A stretch of 43,830 bases of DNA from NCBI GenBank assembly GCA_964517125.1, contig CAZFBD010000001.1, forward strand, positions 8,277 to 52,106, written 5' to 3'. Shown piece after piece: positions 19,411 to 27,853 of the stretch. Below the pieces are notes generated by a model. The model did no database searches, had not been told where the DNA came from, and saw only the letters and a list, made by a program, of their open reading frames with translations. Each line of letters begins with the position of its first letter. Positions within the stretch are counted from its first letter, which is position 1. The position numbers and the translations under genes were made by a program. Source of the stretch: an uncultured Acidimicrobiales bacterium (GTDB lineage: Bacteria; Actinomycetota; Acidimicrobiia; Acidimicrobiales; SHLQ01).

Positions 19411-20208
19411 TCAGCCGAAATCGGGCGCCCGACGTTCTTTCATTGCGGCGACGCCCTCAGCACTCTCCGACCCCAGGAATCCGAGCATCTCGAAGGCGAG
19501 GCTTGCGTCGAAGGCCGGAGCCGACTGCTGCATCCACAGGTTCAGCGATCGTTTGGTGAGCTGGAGGGCGTGTTGTGGCCCCTGGGCCAGCCGGTCGGCC
19601 AGCTGCTGTGCCTCATCCAACAGTTCATCGCCGGGCATCGAACGGCTCACGAGCCCGATCTGGTCGGCGGTGCGGCCATCGATGAAGTCCGCTGTGAGCA
19701 GGTAGTACTTCGCTTTGGCCATGCCGCAAAGCAGGGGCCACAGGATGAGTGCGTGGTCGCCGGCCGCAACACCGATGCGCAGGTGGCCGTCGGTGAACCG
19801 GGCATCCTCATCGATGAGGCTGATGTCGGCCATGAGCGCGACCGCAAGGCCAGCGCCAACCGCAACGCCATTGATGGCAGAGATGATCAATTTCTCGCAC
19901 CGAAGCATCCGATACACGAGGTCACCGGCCTCGCGCATGACACCACGAATCGCGTCGGCGTCGCCGATGAAACCATCGAGCCACTCCATGTCTCCACCGG
20001 CGGAGAATGCCTTGCCCCGACCGGTCACCACGACCACTCGGGTCTCGTCGTCGTCGTTGATGTCGTCCCAGACCCGGCTGAGGCCCAGGTGCATGGCGGC
20101 GGTCGTGGCGTTCATGGCCTCGGGTCGGTCGATCGTCATCCACAGGACGCCGTGGTCTTTGCGTTCGAACGAGAGGCCTTCGTACTTCGTGAACCAGTCA
20201 TCAGTCAT
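19411..20208 (-). CDS. Enoyl-CoA hydratase/isomerase (crotonase) family protein
   Basis: GRGKAFSAGGD, ISAINGVAVGAG, GLVSR. Start set at ATG 20208, 6 nt after TACACT. Confidence 0.92.
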   Translation of the reverse strand: MTDDWFTKYEGLSFERKDHGVLWMTIDRPEAMNATTAAMHLGLSRVWDDINDDDETRVVVVTGRGKAFSAGGDMEWLDGFIGDADAIRGVMREAGDLVYRMLRCEKLIISAINGVAVGAGLAVALMADISLIDEDARFTDGHLRIGVAAGDHALILWPLLCGMAKAKYYLLTADFIDGRTADQIGLVSRSMPGDELLDEAQQLADRLAQGPQHALQLTKRSLNLWMQQSAPAFDASLAFEMLGFLGSESAEGVAAMKERRAPDFG

Positions 20209-20250
20209 GGGCGAAGTGTAGGACAGCGGCAATGTCTCGTTCCGGGACGC

Positions 20251-20284
20251 GACGGTGCCGGCGTCAACCGACGCCGGCACCGTC
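20251..20284. terminator. Perfect 15-bp inverted repeat, probable terminator hairpin
   Basis: GACGGTGCCGGCGTC-AACC-GACGCCGGCACCGTC just downstream of the 20331 gene; no U-tract. Confidence 0.6.
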
Positions 20285-20330
20285 ACACGTCTGGAGTTGT
20301 TTCAGACAGCCGAGGCTGTCACGGAGACGG

Positions 20331-21131
20331 TCAGATCTCGTCCTCGACCCGACGCGACGCCGCAAGGGCGGCCATGCCGGCAATGGTCAGCGCACCGCCG
20401 ACAAGGGCCAGCGAGGCAGCCAGGTCACTCGGACCGGTGAGCGCAAGCGTCTCGGGCTGCTGGTCGGCAGCTGCAGCAGCCACCGCGATGGTGGTTGTCT
20501 CCGGCGCTGCCGTCGTGGTCGTGGTCGTTGGCGCTGCGGTGGTCGTGGTCGTGTCTGTGGCGCTGTCCAACACCGACTGGTCGATGGTGGTGGTCGTCGG
20601 TGCAGCCGTGGTCGTCGGCGCAGCGGTCGTGGTGGTCTCGGGTGGCGTCACGTCGGTGAACGAGATGCACTTGGCCACGACCGAGTTGTTGACCGAGTCT
20701 CCGGGGAGCATGTGCGCCACGGTGATGGTGCTGATGTCCGAGCCAATGACCTGGCCGCTGAAGGTCTGATTCCAGACGTTGTTCGGTCCCGGATCGGTTG
20801 TCAGCGGCGAGGTGTAGCCCGAATCGGCGGTGAAGTACCAGCGCTCGTTCGGCTCTTCCGGATCATCGAGATCGGCCCACGAGGAGACACGGATGTCGTA
20901 CGTGCCCGCAGGAACCGAGAGGGAGAACGGTCCGGCCGACTCGACGACGCCTTCGGCGAGGTTCACGTCGATGCCAAGGACGTAGTCGCCCGGGCATGCG
21001 TCCGATGGTGCTGCAAACGCAAGCGACTCAGGAACAGCGCTGTCGCTGTCGGCTGAGCAGGCGCCGAACAGCAGGGCTGCGCCTGCGGCTGAGGCGATGA
21101 GGCGGGTGAGCGGTGTCTTGTGCACGCGCAT
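20331..21131 (-). CDS. Secreted surface protein with lipobox-like N-terminus, Thr-rich stalk and LAxTG sorting signal
   Basis: AAAGGAG RBS before ATG 21131; MRVHKTPLTRLIASAAGAALLFGAC; TTTAAP repeats; LALTG + hydrophobic helix + RR. Confidence 0.8.
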   Translation of the reverse strand: MRVHKTPLTRLIASAAGAALLFGACSADSDSAVPESLAFAAPSDACPGDYVLGIDVNLAEGVVESAGPFSLSVPAGTYDIRVSSWADLDDPEEPNERWYFTADSGYTSPLTTDPGPNNVWNQTFSGQVIGSDISTITVAHMLPGDSVNNSVVAKCISFTDVTPPETTTTAAPTTTAAPTTTTIDQSVLDSATDTTTTTAAPTTTTTTAAPETTTIAVAAAAADQQPETLALTGPSDLAASLALVGGALTIAGMAALAASRRVEDEI

Positions 21132-21166
21132 GTGGGGTCTCCTTTGACACGTCCGTATCCGTACCA

Positions 21167-21192
21167 TTCGGACAACGGGTGCAGGCAATGAG
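21167..21192 (-). promoter_or_regulatory. Candidate sigma28/FliA/WhiG-type promoter
   Basis: Minus strand CTCA-N16-TCCGAA upstream of the 21131 start. Confidence 0.5.
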
Positions 21193-21228
21193 ACGCTGCC
21201 GGAGGAATGGGTCCCTTGACCCAGACGA

Positions 21229-21621
21229 TCAGACGTTGCCCATGAGGTGGTTGACGGCAAGCTCGATGACGACCCGGTCCGGTCGCTCCGATGGGGTTCG
21301 ATACCGTGCGGCGTAACGAGCAACGGCGTGCTCCACCGTTTCGGTCTTGTCCGACACCGTTGCGATGCCGCTGAAGCTGAGCCATCGACGTCCGTCGATC
21401 TGGCAGAGCGCGCCCGGCAGACCTCCGGACTCGAGCAGGCGGGCCTTGTTGGCACCGGCCCACGTGATCACGAATGCGGTGGTCGTGGCCGGGTCATAGG
21501 TGAAGCCCACCGCCGTCACGTGTGGCCGTCCGTCGGGCCGGACGAGGGTGAGACTGGCCAGATGCCGTTCGACGAGGAAGTCGTGGAGTTCCGGACTGAG
21601 AGACTGGTGGTCGAGGGCCAT
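21229..21621 (-). CDS. PPOX-class (split-barrel) probable F420-dependent oxidoreductase
   Basis: FLVERHLASLTLVRPDGRPHVTAVGF, K.R, DGRRWLSFSG, YAARYRTP..RPDRVVIE. Confidence 0.85.
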   Translation of the reverse strand: MALDHQSLSPELHDFLVERHLASLTLVRPDGRPHVTAVGFTYDPATTTAFVITWAGANKARLLESGGLPGALCQIDGRRWLSFSGIATVSDKTETVEHAVARYAARYRTPSERPDRVVIELAVNHLMGNV

Positions 21622-21636
21622 GGCCTCAGTCTCGCA

Positions 21637-22017
21637 TCAGCCGTCGGGTTCGCCCGAACGAAACCGGTCCATTTGTCGCCGATCCCGTTTCGTCGGCCGA
21701 CCTGACCCCGGTTCTCGGGTTGCGACCGGAGCGGGACGTTCGGGCCGAGGTTCAGGTGGCGGCGTGTGGTCGATGAACGCCTCAGCAGCGAGTGCCGCGC
21801 CCACCCGTTTCGACGGTGTCTCGACGACTTCAAGCTCTCGGCTGAAACCCCGCTGTCGGGCCGTGACCCGGTCTCCGGCCTTCACTGCCCGGCTGGGTTT
21901 CACCACGGCGCCATCGATGCGAACCGCTCCGTTGGCGCAGGCCGTGTTTGCTGCAGACCGGGTCTTGTAGACACGGACGGCCCACAGCCACACATCGATT
22001 CGGGTACCGCTGGTCAT
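21637..22017 (-). CDS. hslR: Ribosome-associated heat shock protein Hsp15 (S4 domain)
   Basis: RIDVWLWAVRVYKTRSAA..AC..G.V.I.G, and GSGRPTKRDRR. Confidence 0.92.
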   Translation of the reverse strand: MTSGTRIDVWLWAVRVYKTRSAANTACANGAVRIDGAVVKPSRAVKAGDRVTARQRGFSRELEVVETPSKRVGAALAAEAFIDHTPPPEPRPERPAPVATREPGSGRPTKRDRRQMDRFRSGEPDG

Positions 22018-22041
22018 GTCGCCCACCACGGTCTGGTCGGG

Positions 22042-22092
22042 AAAAAGGTAGAGACCCCTGGGCGTTGGCCGAAGCCTCCGCTCAGGGGTCTC
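22042..22092 (-). terminator. Intrinsic terminator closing the candidate ncRNA
   Basis: 14-bp stem GAGACCCCTG(A/G)GCG at 22051-22064/22079-22092, inner cUUCGg hairpin, followed on the minus strand by UACCUUUUU. Confidence 0.75.
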
Positions 22093-22412
22093 AAGGTCGG
22101 TTCAGGATCCACCCGCATCGTCTTCTCCGGATATACCGTTTCCATCGATGTACCACTGCCCCGTCGGACTTGCGTCTGGCGGGGCAGTTCTGTTTCGGGT
22201 CTCGGACTCTGGCCGAAGCCGTTGTCTGAGGCTGCGTCCACCAGCCTTCCGTTGCCCGAGGGCGGTGGTCGGTGTGGTGTCGGCTGCGAACCGTGTCCCT
22301 TGCTCTGGGCTTTTCGCAGTCTTCCTGCCTCCGTTTTGCCCAACGTCGCTCCCGGTTGCCCGGTTGTTCTGCTGAGCCCCGGTGGCGCTCGTGCTGCGCT
22401 TCCTCCGTCGCT
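22042..22412 (-). ncRNA. Candidate ~370-nt structured ncRNA (Ms1/6S-like or novel)
   Basis: Gap without a credible protein; TTGACG-N17-AAAGGT promoter; GCAA and cUUCGg tetraloop hairpins on the minus strand; terminator at the 3' end. Confidence 0.65.
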
Positions 22413-22418
22413 GAGAGC

Positions 22419-22447
22419 ACCTTTGTGGCTCGAACAGAATGCGTCAA
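22419..22447 (-). promoter_or_regulatory. SigA-type promoter of the candidate ncRNA
   Basis: -35 TTGACG (22442-22447), 17-nt spacer, -10 AAAGGT (22419-22424). Confidence 0.6.
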
Positions 22448-22628
22448 GGGCATTGATGAAATCCCCAGAGTTGTCGACAGCTTTTCCGAGATATCCCCAG
22501 CTTCTGTGAAGTTAATCACAGAGTTATCCGGAGCCTGCCGAGCTGCCCCGGTTCGGGTCTGGGCCGCGGGCACGTTCACACACTCCCCAAAGAGGTCCCC
22601 CGGGCGAACCACGGCTAGCGTGTCTGGT

Positions 22629-24026
22629 ATGTCGAGACGCCTCGAAGTAGAGCTCACCAGTAAACGCGAAGACGGTTCCTACACATGGAGAGCCGCCGGA
22701 GCCAAACAGCCCAAGGGCGACCTCGACGGATCGCTTCTGTACGAGGGTGCAGCCGTTGGCGATGTCGTGCGTGCCGATGCCGAGTTCGGCGTCGATGGCG
22801 TGACAATCGTTGGCGTGCAGCCTCCGAAGGCGAAGCGTTCCATGCCAGAGATGCTCGAGATCCTGGGCACAGGCCGGGACGAGGGCGGCGTCACCACTCA
22901 GCTGGTCGGCAAGCGTGGTCGAGACGACCGTGGAGATCGCGGCGATCGCGGTGGACGCGGTGGCGACAAGCGCCGAGGCGGCGGTGGAGGTCGTGGACGC
23001 GACAACCGTGGCTCCCGCGACGGTGGCCGCGATGGACGGAACCGCAACGAGGGTGGCGGCCGAGGCGACAACCGTGGCGGACGTGGTCGAGGTGGGGGCA
23101 ACGATCGCCCGCGCCGGGAACGTCCACAGCAGGCACCCAAGGCCAAGCCGAAGCGGCTTCGCGCACGGCGTGTTCACCGCGATGCAGCGCTCAACGAGAT
23201 CCCGGAAATGCAGCGTCCGCTTGCCCGGATCGTGCTCCGAGACGGTGTGCCCGGCCTGCGTTCCACCATCGAACGGCAGAACGAACTCGCCCGAACCCGC
23301 TCGCAACCCGAGATTCCGCCCAAGATGCTCGAAGCCGTCGGTGAGCGTTTGCTCCCACGTCTGCGTTCCGCAGAGTGGCGTGACAACGCCGAGGCCGCCC
23401 TCGCCGGTATTGGCGATGTTGACCTGCGCGACATCCGCAAGGTTGTCGTTGCCGCCGAGAACGGGGCGAAGGACGAAGAAGGCCGAGCGCTCGCCGAGCA
23501 GCTGAAGGCCGGGCTCAGTGCCCGGGTCGAAGCCGAGCATGGCAAGTGGCTCAGCGAACTGAACAGCCTCCTCGGCGATGGTCGCACGGTTCGTGCGCTC
23601 CGTCAGTCGTCGCGTCCACCCAAGGCCGGCGCGCCGCTTCCAGCCGAACTGGCAACTCGCCTGACCGAGGCCGCCAGCGCGTCCATGACGGCCGATACCG
23701 CTCCCGAGCGTTGGGGCACCGTGCTCGACGCCGTGGCGTACTCCCCCGTCAGGCAGCAGGTGAACCCACAGGCGCTGCCGTCCAAGGTCAGCGATGAACT
23801 GCGCTCGACGGTTCGGAAGCTCTCGAAGCGTGTCCCACACATCGCAGCGTTGTTCAAGGAAGCTCCTGCAGCTTCGGCTCCTCCGGCTCCCGCGCAGGAA
23901 GCTCCTGCCGCCGATACCGCCGCCGCTCCGGCAGAGCATGCCACTGCGCCAGCAGAGGCCACGACGGCGCCCGAGGCCGCTCCAGCCGCAGCTGACGCAC
24001 CCCAGGAGACCGAAGGTCAGTCCTGA
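22629..24026 (+). CDS. Hypothetical protein with beta-rich N-domain, RGG/RD-rich disordered segment and helical C-domain
   Basis: ATG 22629, 7 nt after TAGCGT; MSRRLEVELTSKREDGSYTWRAAGAKQPKG...RGDRGGRGGDKRRGGGGGRGR... Confidence 0.8.
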   Translation: MSRRLEVELTSKREDGSYTWRAAGAKQPKGDLDGSLLYEGAAVGDVVRADAEFGVDGVTIVGVQPPKAKRSMPEMLEILGTGRDEGGVTTQLVGKRGRDDRGDRGDRGGRGGDKRRGGGGGRGRDNRGSRDGGRDGRNRNEGGGRGDNRGGRGRGGGNDRPRRERPQQAPKAKPKRLRARRVHRDAALNEIPEMQRPLARIVLRDGVPGLRSTIERQNELARTRSQPEIPPKMLEAVGERLLPRLRSAEWRDNAEAALAGIGDVDLRDIRKVVVAAENGAKDEEGRALAEQLKAGLSARVEAEHGKWLSELNSLLGDGRTVRALRQSSRPPKAGAPLPAELATRLTEAASASMTADTAPERWGTVLDAVAYSPVRQQVNPQALPSKVSDELRSTVRKLSKRVPHIAALFKEAPAASAPPAPAQEAPAADTAAAPAEHATAPAEATTAPEAAPAAADAPQETEGQS

Positions 24027-24505
24027 TCCAGGCTCCGGTGCACGCTGATTGAGCGTGCAACCAGGCCGAAGCTCTCAAAGAAGTTCTTCGTTGCACGATC
24101 GCCCGGAAGGGCTCGCGCATCGATGCCAACACAGCCTGTCTGGGTGGCGTGTTCGACCGCGCCAGCCAGAAGGCGTTCGCCAACGCCGACCCCGCGCGCC
24201 GGAATCTGTACGAACAGGTCGGTGACGGTCGCGATGCGGGTGCCGTTCACCAACTCGGTCAGTCGAAGGACGAGGAGCCCAACGACGACGGTGTCGATCG
24301 TGCCAACGAAGACCGTGGTCTGCGGATCGGAGAGATCGTCGGAGAACGAGTCGCGGACCGTGCCGTGCCGCCCGTGAAGCTGACGCTCCAGATGTCCGCC
24401 GCGAACGCCGTCGATTCCTGCCGCTCCTTCGCCGTCGAGCAGAACAAGCGTGTCGAGGTCGTCCTCGGTGGCCTGTCGGCAGCCGACATCGATTGATTCG
24501 GTCAC
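24017..24505 (-). CDS. GNAT family N-acetyltransferase
   Basis: LFVQIPARGVGVGERLL (motif A), KNFFESFG. Confidence 0.88.
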   Translation of the reverse strand: MTESIDVGCRQATEDDLDTLVLLDGEGAAGIDGVRGGHLERQLHGRHGTVRDSFSDDLSDPQTTVFVGTIDTVVVGLLVLRLTELVNGTRIATVTDLFVQIPARGVGVGERLLAGAVEHATQTGCVGIDARALPGDRATKNFFESFGLVARSISVHRSLDQD

Positions 24506-24987
24506 TCGGCGTCTCGGAGCTGTGCGATCTTGCGGAGAATGGTGACCCGGTTGCGGTTGTCGGCCTCGTGGGCCTCCACGACTGCCAGTTCGTCGTTGCT
24601 GAGCTGTGGAAGCAAGCGGACGATCTGAGCCGCCGCCTGGCTGTCGTACTCGGCGATGGGGAAATCGGCGTTCGCGTCAGCCAGCGCCACGGGTGCCGGA
24701 GCTGCTGTTGGGGCCGGTGGCGTTTGGTCAGGGGTGAGGTCGATGCCGAAGATGTCGACGATGACCTGGCCGGCCTCGTTCGTGACGCGTTCGGCGAGCC
24801 CCTCGAGCGTGGAGCTTCCCTTGCGAGCAGCAGTCTTCGCAACGAATCGCCCGAGCGTCACCTGCGACTTTCCACGCTCCACGAGCCGGGGAAAGTTGTC
24901 GAGAGCCTCAAGCGCCAGACCAACGGGTGCATACACCAGAAGGTCGAGCAGCTGATCAGAGGATTCCTTCTTCTGAGCGCCTGTCAT
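24502..24987 (-). CDS. Hypothetical protein with small helical C-terminal domain
   Basis: PIAEYDSQAAAQIVRLLPQLSNDELAVVEAHEADNRNRVTIL resembles the C-terminal module of actinobacterial Rv1109c-like proteins (from memory); overlaps the GNAT start. Confidence 0.7.
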   Translation of the reverse strand: MTGAQKKESSDQLLDLLVYAPVGLALEALDNFPRLVERGKSQVTLGRFVAKTAARKGSSTLEGLAERVTNEAGQVIVDIFGIDLTPDQTPPAPTAAPAPVALADANADFPIAEYDSQAAAQIVRLLPQLSNDELAVVEAHEADNRNRVTILRKIAQLRDAE

Positions 24988-25020
24988 GGCGCCCAGAGTA
25001 CAAGGCTTTTGAGCGATTGG

Positions 25021-25488
25021 TCAGGCGCAATCGACGCAAATGACGCCGTCGTCGGGGAATTGGATGAGCGGCTTGATCAGCCAGCAGGACTCACATGTGC
25101 GCTCGTCTTCGGACTTCGCAGGTACGTCGCTGCCTGGCGTTGGGGCCGGCGGCTTCGGTGTGCCGTCCTCTTCTTCGTCCTCGTCCTCTTCATCGTCACC
25201 CGATGCGAGACGATCCTTCAGGATGACGTCGAGGTCGGCCTCGACATCGTCTTCGTCCTCGTCGTCGTCTTCGTCGGCAACGGCCTTCTTGGCGGGCTCG
25301 GCGCCCTCTTCGTCTTCGTCTTCGTCGTCTTCGTCATCGTCGATCGGCAGATCGCCGTCGAGATCATCATCGATGTCGGAATCGATTTCGTCCGCATCCA
25401 GGTCAGGGTCGAGATCGTCGTCATCGAGGTCTTCAGCGTCTTCGCCGGTGTCTTCGTTGTCGTCTTCTACAAGGTCTTCGTCAGCCAT
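25021..25488 (-). CDS. DUF4193-like hyperacidic protein with C-terminal Cys4 zinc ribbon
   Basis: Long D/E tracts, then VPAKSEDERTCESCWLIK...CVDCA. Confidence 0.75.
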   Translation of the reverse strand: MADEDLVEDDNEDTGEDAEDLDDDDLDPDLDADEIDSDIDDDLDGDLPIDDDEDDEDEDEEGAEPAKKAVADEDDDEDEDDVEADLDVILKDRLASGDDEEDEDEEEDGTPKPPAPTPGSDVPAKSEDERTCESCWLIKPLIQFPDDGVICVDCA

Positions 25489-25584
25489 CGATCCTCAGTG
25501 AGTTGAGCAGCTCTGGGGGGAATATAGGCACTCGAACGCACGACGGCGACCATTGCGCCAACATTTTTTCTGAACGCCCCGAAT

Positions 25585-27183
25585 TCAGGTGCGCTTTGCG
25601 GCCCGGTTCTCGGCGTCGAGCCGCTCGAGATTGTCCTCTTCGGAGTGATCGACGAACGTCATCATCTCGGCGACGGCCTTGTGGCCGGCACGCTCGGCGA
25701 TCTGTCGATGCATCTGTTGTGCCACGTACCTGTAGGCCGGATGTCCCTGTACAGCGGAGCGCAACTCCAAGACGTGCATCGCCGAGCGAGCGTTCATCTG
25801 CATGCTGTAGCGGACCCGGTAGGCCAACGCCACGGCGTACGGAGCCTGGGCCGGGAACTCGTCCTTGAGTGCCTCGTACAACGTTGCAGAGCGTTCCATG
25901 GAACTCTCGAACGCGGCATCGTGACCGGCGATGGAGACGGATTCGGGTTTCACGTACCCGTGCGCCGTCGACAGCGGCTGCCATTCGATTGTCAGGAGGC
26001 GGTGACGTTGCAGGTCGCGGAAGGCGCCGTAGTCGGAAAGCACGTCGAATCGGTAGTCGACCCGTTCAAGGGCCCGACCCGGCCGGTGGCGGCGGTTTTT
26101 GCGCTCACCCACGTAGGCCTTCATGACCGACAGTCGTTCGTCGACCGTCATGGCCTGCACCTGACGAACGATTTCGCGTTCGGACAACGATGTCGTGGGA
26201 TACAACATCGCAGTGACCAGCTTGACTTCGGCATCGGGGTCGAAGTCCACCAGGTCGACCATGGTTTCGGACTGCGATTCGGCGGTGGTGTCGAGCAGCG
26301 ACGCCGACAGTTCGGCGACCGCGGCCTGGTTGTCGGCGAGGTAGGTACTCGTGACCTCGCCTCGGTCGGGAAGGTCCACGCGCTTCAGGAACGACGGGAT
26401 CACCTTCCGGAGTTCGCCCAGCATGAGGTCTGCGTACGTACGAGCCTCGGGCAGTGCCGAGGAGCGCATACGCAACAACAGCGCTTCGTATGCCTGCCCG
26501 CTGCCGTAGATGCCAACGTTCGACAGCGACGACGCCGGGAGCATGCCACGGATGGAATCGAGGGCCTTGGCCCGGATTGCCTGTTTGTAGGCGATGTCGA
26601 CGTCGCCTTCGCGCTGCGGGATCAGGTCGCGGTGGAACTGCTCCATGGGGTTGATGAGACCGCTGTAGGTGTCGAACATACGGTCCATCTCGCCGATGTA
26701 TCGAGTGCCGAGCGTGGAGTTGAGGATGTCGTCGTCGCGGTAGAACCGGTACCGGCCCCCGAGGCGCTCGTCGTATCGGATGTACCTGGTGGACTGCTCC
26801 AGGTAGGACATGATCCGACCCCACTCCAGCACCTTCGTGAGCACGTTCGAGGCCTGCTCACACGCAAGGTGGACGCCGCCCAGCTGGGCCACCGAATCGT
26901 CGCCGTATTGGAAGAACACCCGGTCGTAGAGCTCTTCAGCCCGCCGAAGGCCAATCGTGGCATCGATGGACTCGTCCCCGCTGATGTCGAGGTCGTCGAC
27001 GAACTCTTCGAGGAAGAGGCGACGAAGGCTCTTGTGCGAGCGCGAATATCGGGCGAACAGCGCCCCTTTGACCACCTCGGGAAGGTTGACCAGTGCGAAA
27101 ACGGGCTGGTCAAGGTTGGTGAAATACCGGCGGAGAATGTCTGCTTCGCCGGCGCTGAACTCTTCTGCGTCGTATGCGCCCAC
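25585..27183 (-). CDS. thyX: FAD-dependent thymidylate synthase, tandem two-domain type
   Basis: ALFARYSRS, YGDDSVAQL, SYLEQSTRY, FRDLQRHR, ELRSAVQGHPAYR. Confidence 0.88.
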   Translation of the reverse strand: MGAYDAEEFSAGEADILRRYFTNLDQPVFALVNLPEVVKGALFARYSRSHKSLRRLFLEEFVDDLDISGDESIDATIGLRRAEELYDRVFFQYGDDSVAQLGGVHLACEQASNVLTKVLEWGRIMSYLEQSTRYIRYDERLGGRYRFYRDDDILNSTLGTRYIGEMDRMFDTYSGLINPMEQFHRDLIPQREGDVDIAYKQAIRAKALDSIRGMLPASSLSNVGIYGSGQAYEALLLRMRSSALPEARTYADLMLGELRKVIPSFLKRVDLPDRGEVTSTYLADNQAAVAELSASLLDTTAESQSETMVDLVDFDPDAEVKLVTAMLYPTTSLSEREIVRQVQAMTVDERLSVMKAYVGERKNRRHRPGRALERVDYRFDVLSDYGAFRDLQRHRLLTIEWQPLSTAHGYVKPESVSIAGHDAAFESSMERSATLYEALKDEFPAQAPYAVALAYRVRYSMQMNARSAMHVLELRSAVQGHPAYRYVAQQMHRQIAERAGHKAVAEMMTFVDHSEEDNLERLDAENRAAKRT

Positions 27184-27253
27184 GGCGCTCGATGCTACGG
27201 GGCCCGGACTCCGTTGGCAGGGACCAGCAGACCATTTTCGGGTCCCGGCCGGC

Positions 27254-27853
27254 TCAGATCACGATCGTGAGGGCATCTGGCACGACACGCCACTGAATCC
27301 GACCATCGATTGCGATTGTCTCGCCGTCGACTTCGAGCCGATCCCCCGACTGCACGAGGAGCTCGCCAGACGTCTGCCGGCGAATGCTGATCTGCGGATG
27401 TGGAACGTGCAGACCGCTCGGGAGGCGTGACCGCGCCTTGAACCGGTCGCCCAAACTCAGGCCGGATTCGACGACATCGATTCGGCCGTCGTTCGGGTGT
27501 CCTCGTGGCGCGACATTCCAGGCGTCTCGAAAAGAGGCGTTCATGAGCGCAACCGTTGTGCCCGACCAGAGCCGCCGCCGACGGACGACGTGCGCCACGA
27601 ACACCGTGCTGGTATCGCCGTACTCGAGCACTCCCACATCGATGGGGAGACGGACCCGCTCGGTATCGGAGCGCAGCTCGGCGGCCGTCGTGCGCCCGCC
27701 CACCGTCCGGTGAAGATCGCCGCCGGTGAGCCCCACGAGGCGATGCTCGTCCGGGTTCCAGAGCCGAGCCAGCTCCTGGTCAGATCCTGCGATGGGAGCG
27801 TCGGCCGGCAGCGAGCCGGGACTCCCCCAATCCTCGCCACGCTCGATGGTCAC
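27254..27853 (-). CDS. Diacylglycerol kinase/YegS-like protein with reduced N-terminus
   Basis: RLPIDVG, APRGHPNDGRIDV, LEVDGE, VVPDAL; usual position next to helY. Confidence 0.7.
   Translation of the reverse strand: MTIERGEDWGSPGSLPADAPIAGSDQELARLWNPDEHRLVGLTGGDLHRTVGGRTTAAELRSDTERVRLPIDVGVLEYGDTSTVFVAHVVRRRRLWSGTTVALMNASFRDAWNVAPRGHPNDGRIDVVESGLSLGDRFKARSRLPSGLHVPHPQISIRRQTSGELLVQSGDRLEVDGETIAIDGRIQWRVVPDALTIVI

Noticed and set aside
22042-22412. ncRNA as RNase P, tmRNA or a CsrB-like sponge
   Set aside because: No GAGGAAAGUCC P4 signature and no tRNA-like ends; the roughly 12 GGA motifs are about what base composition predicts.
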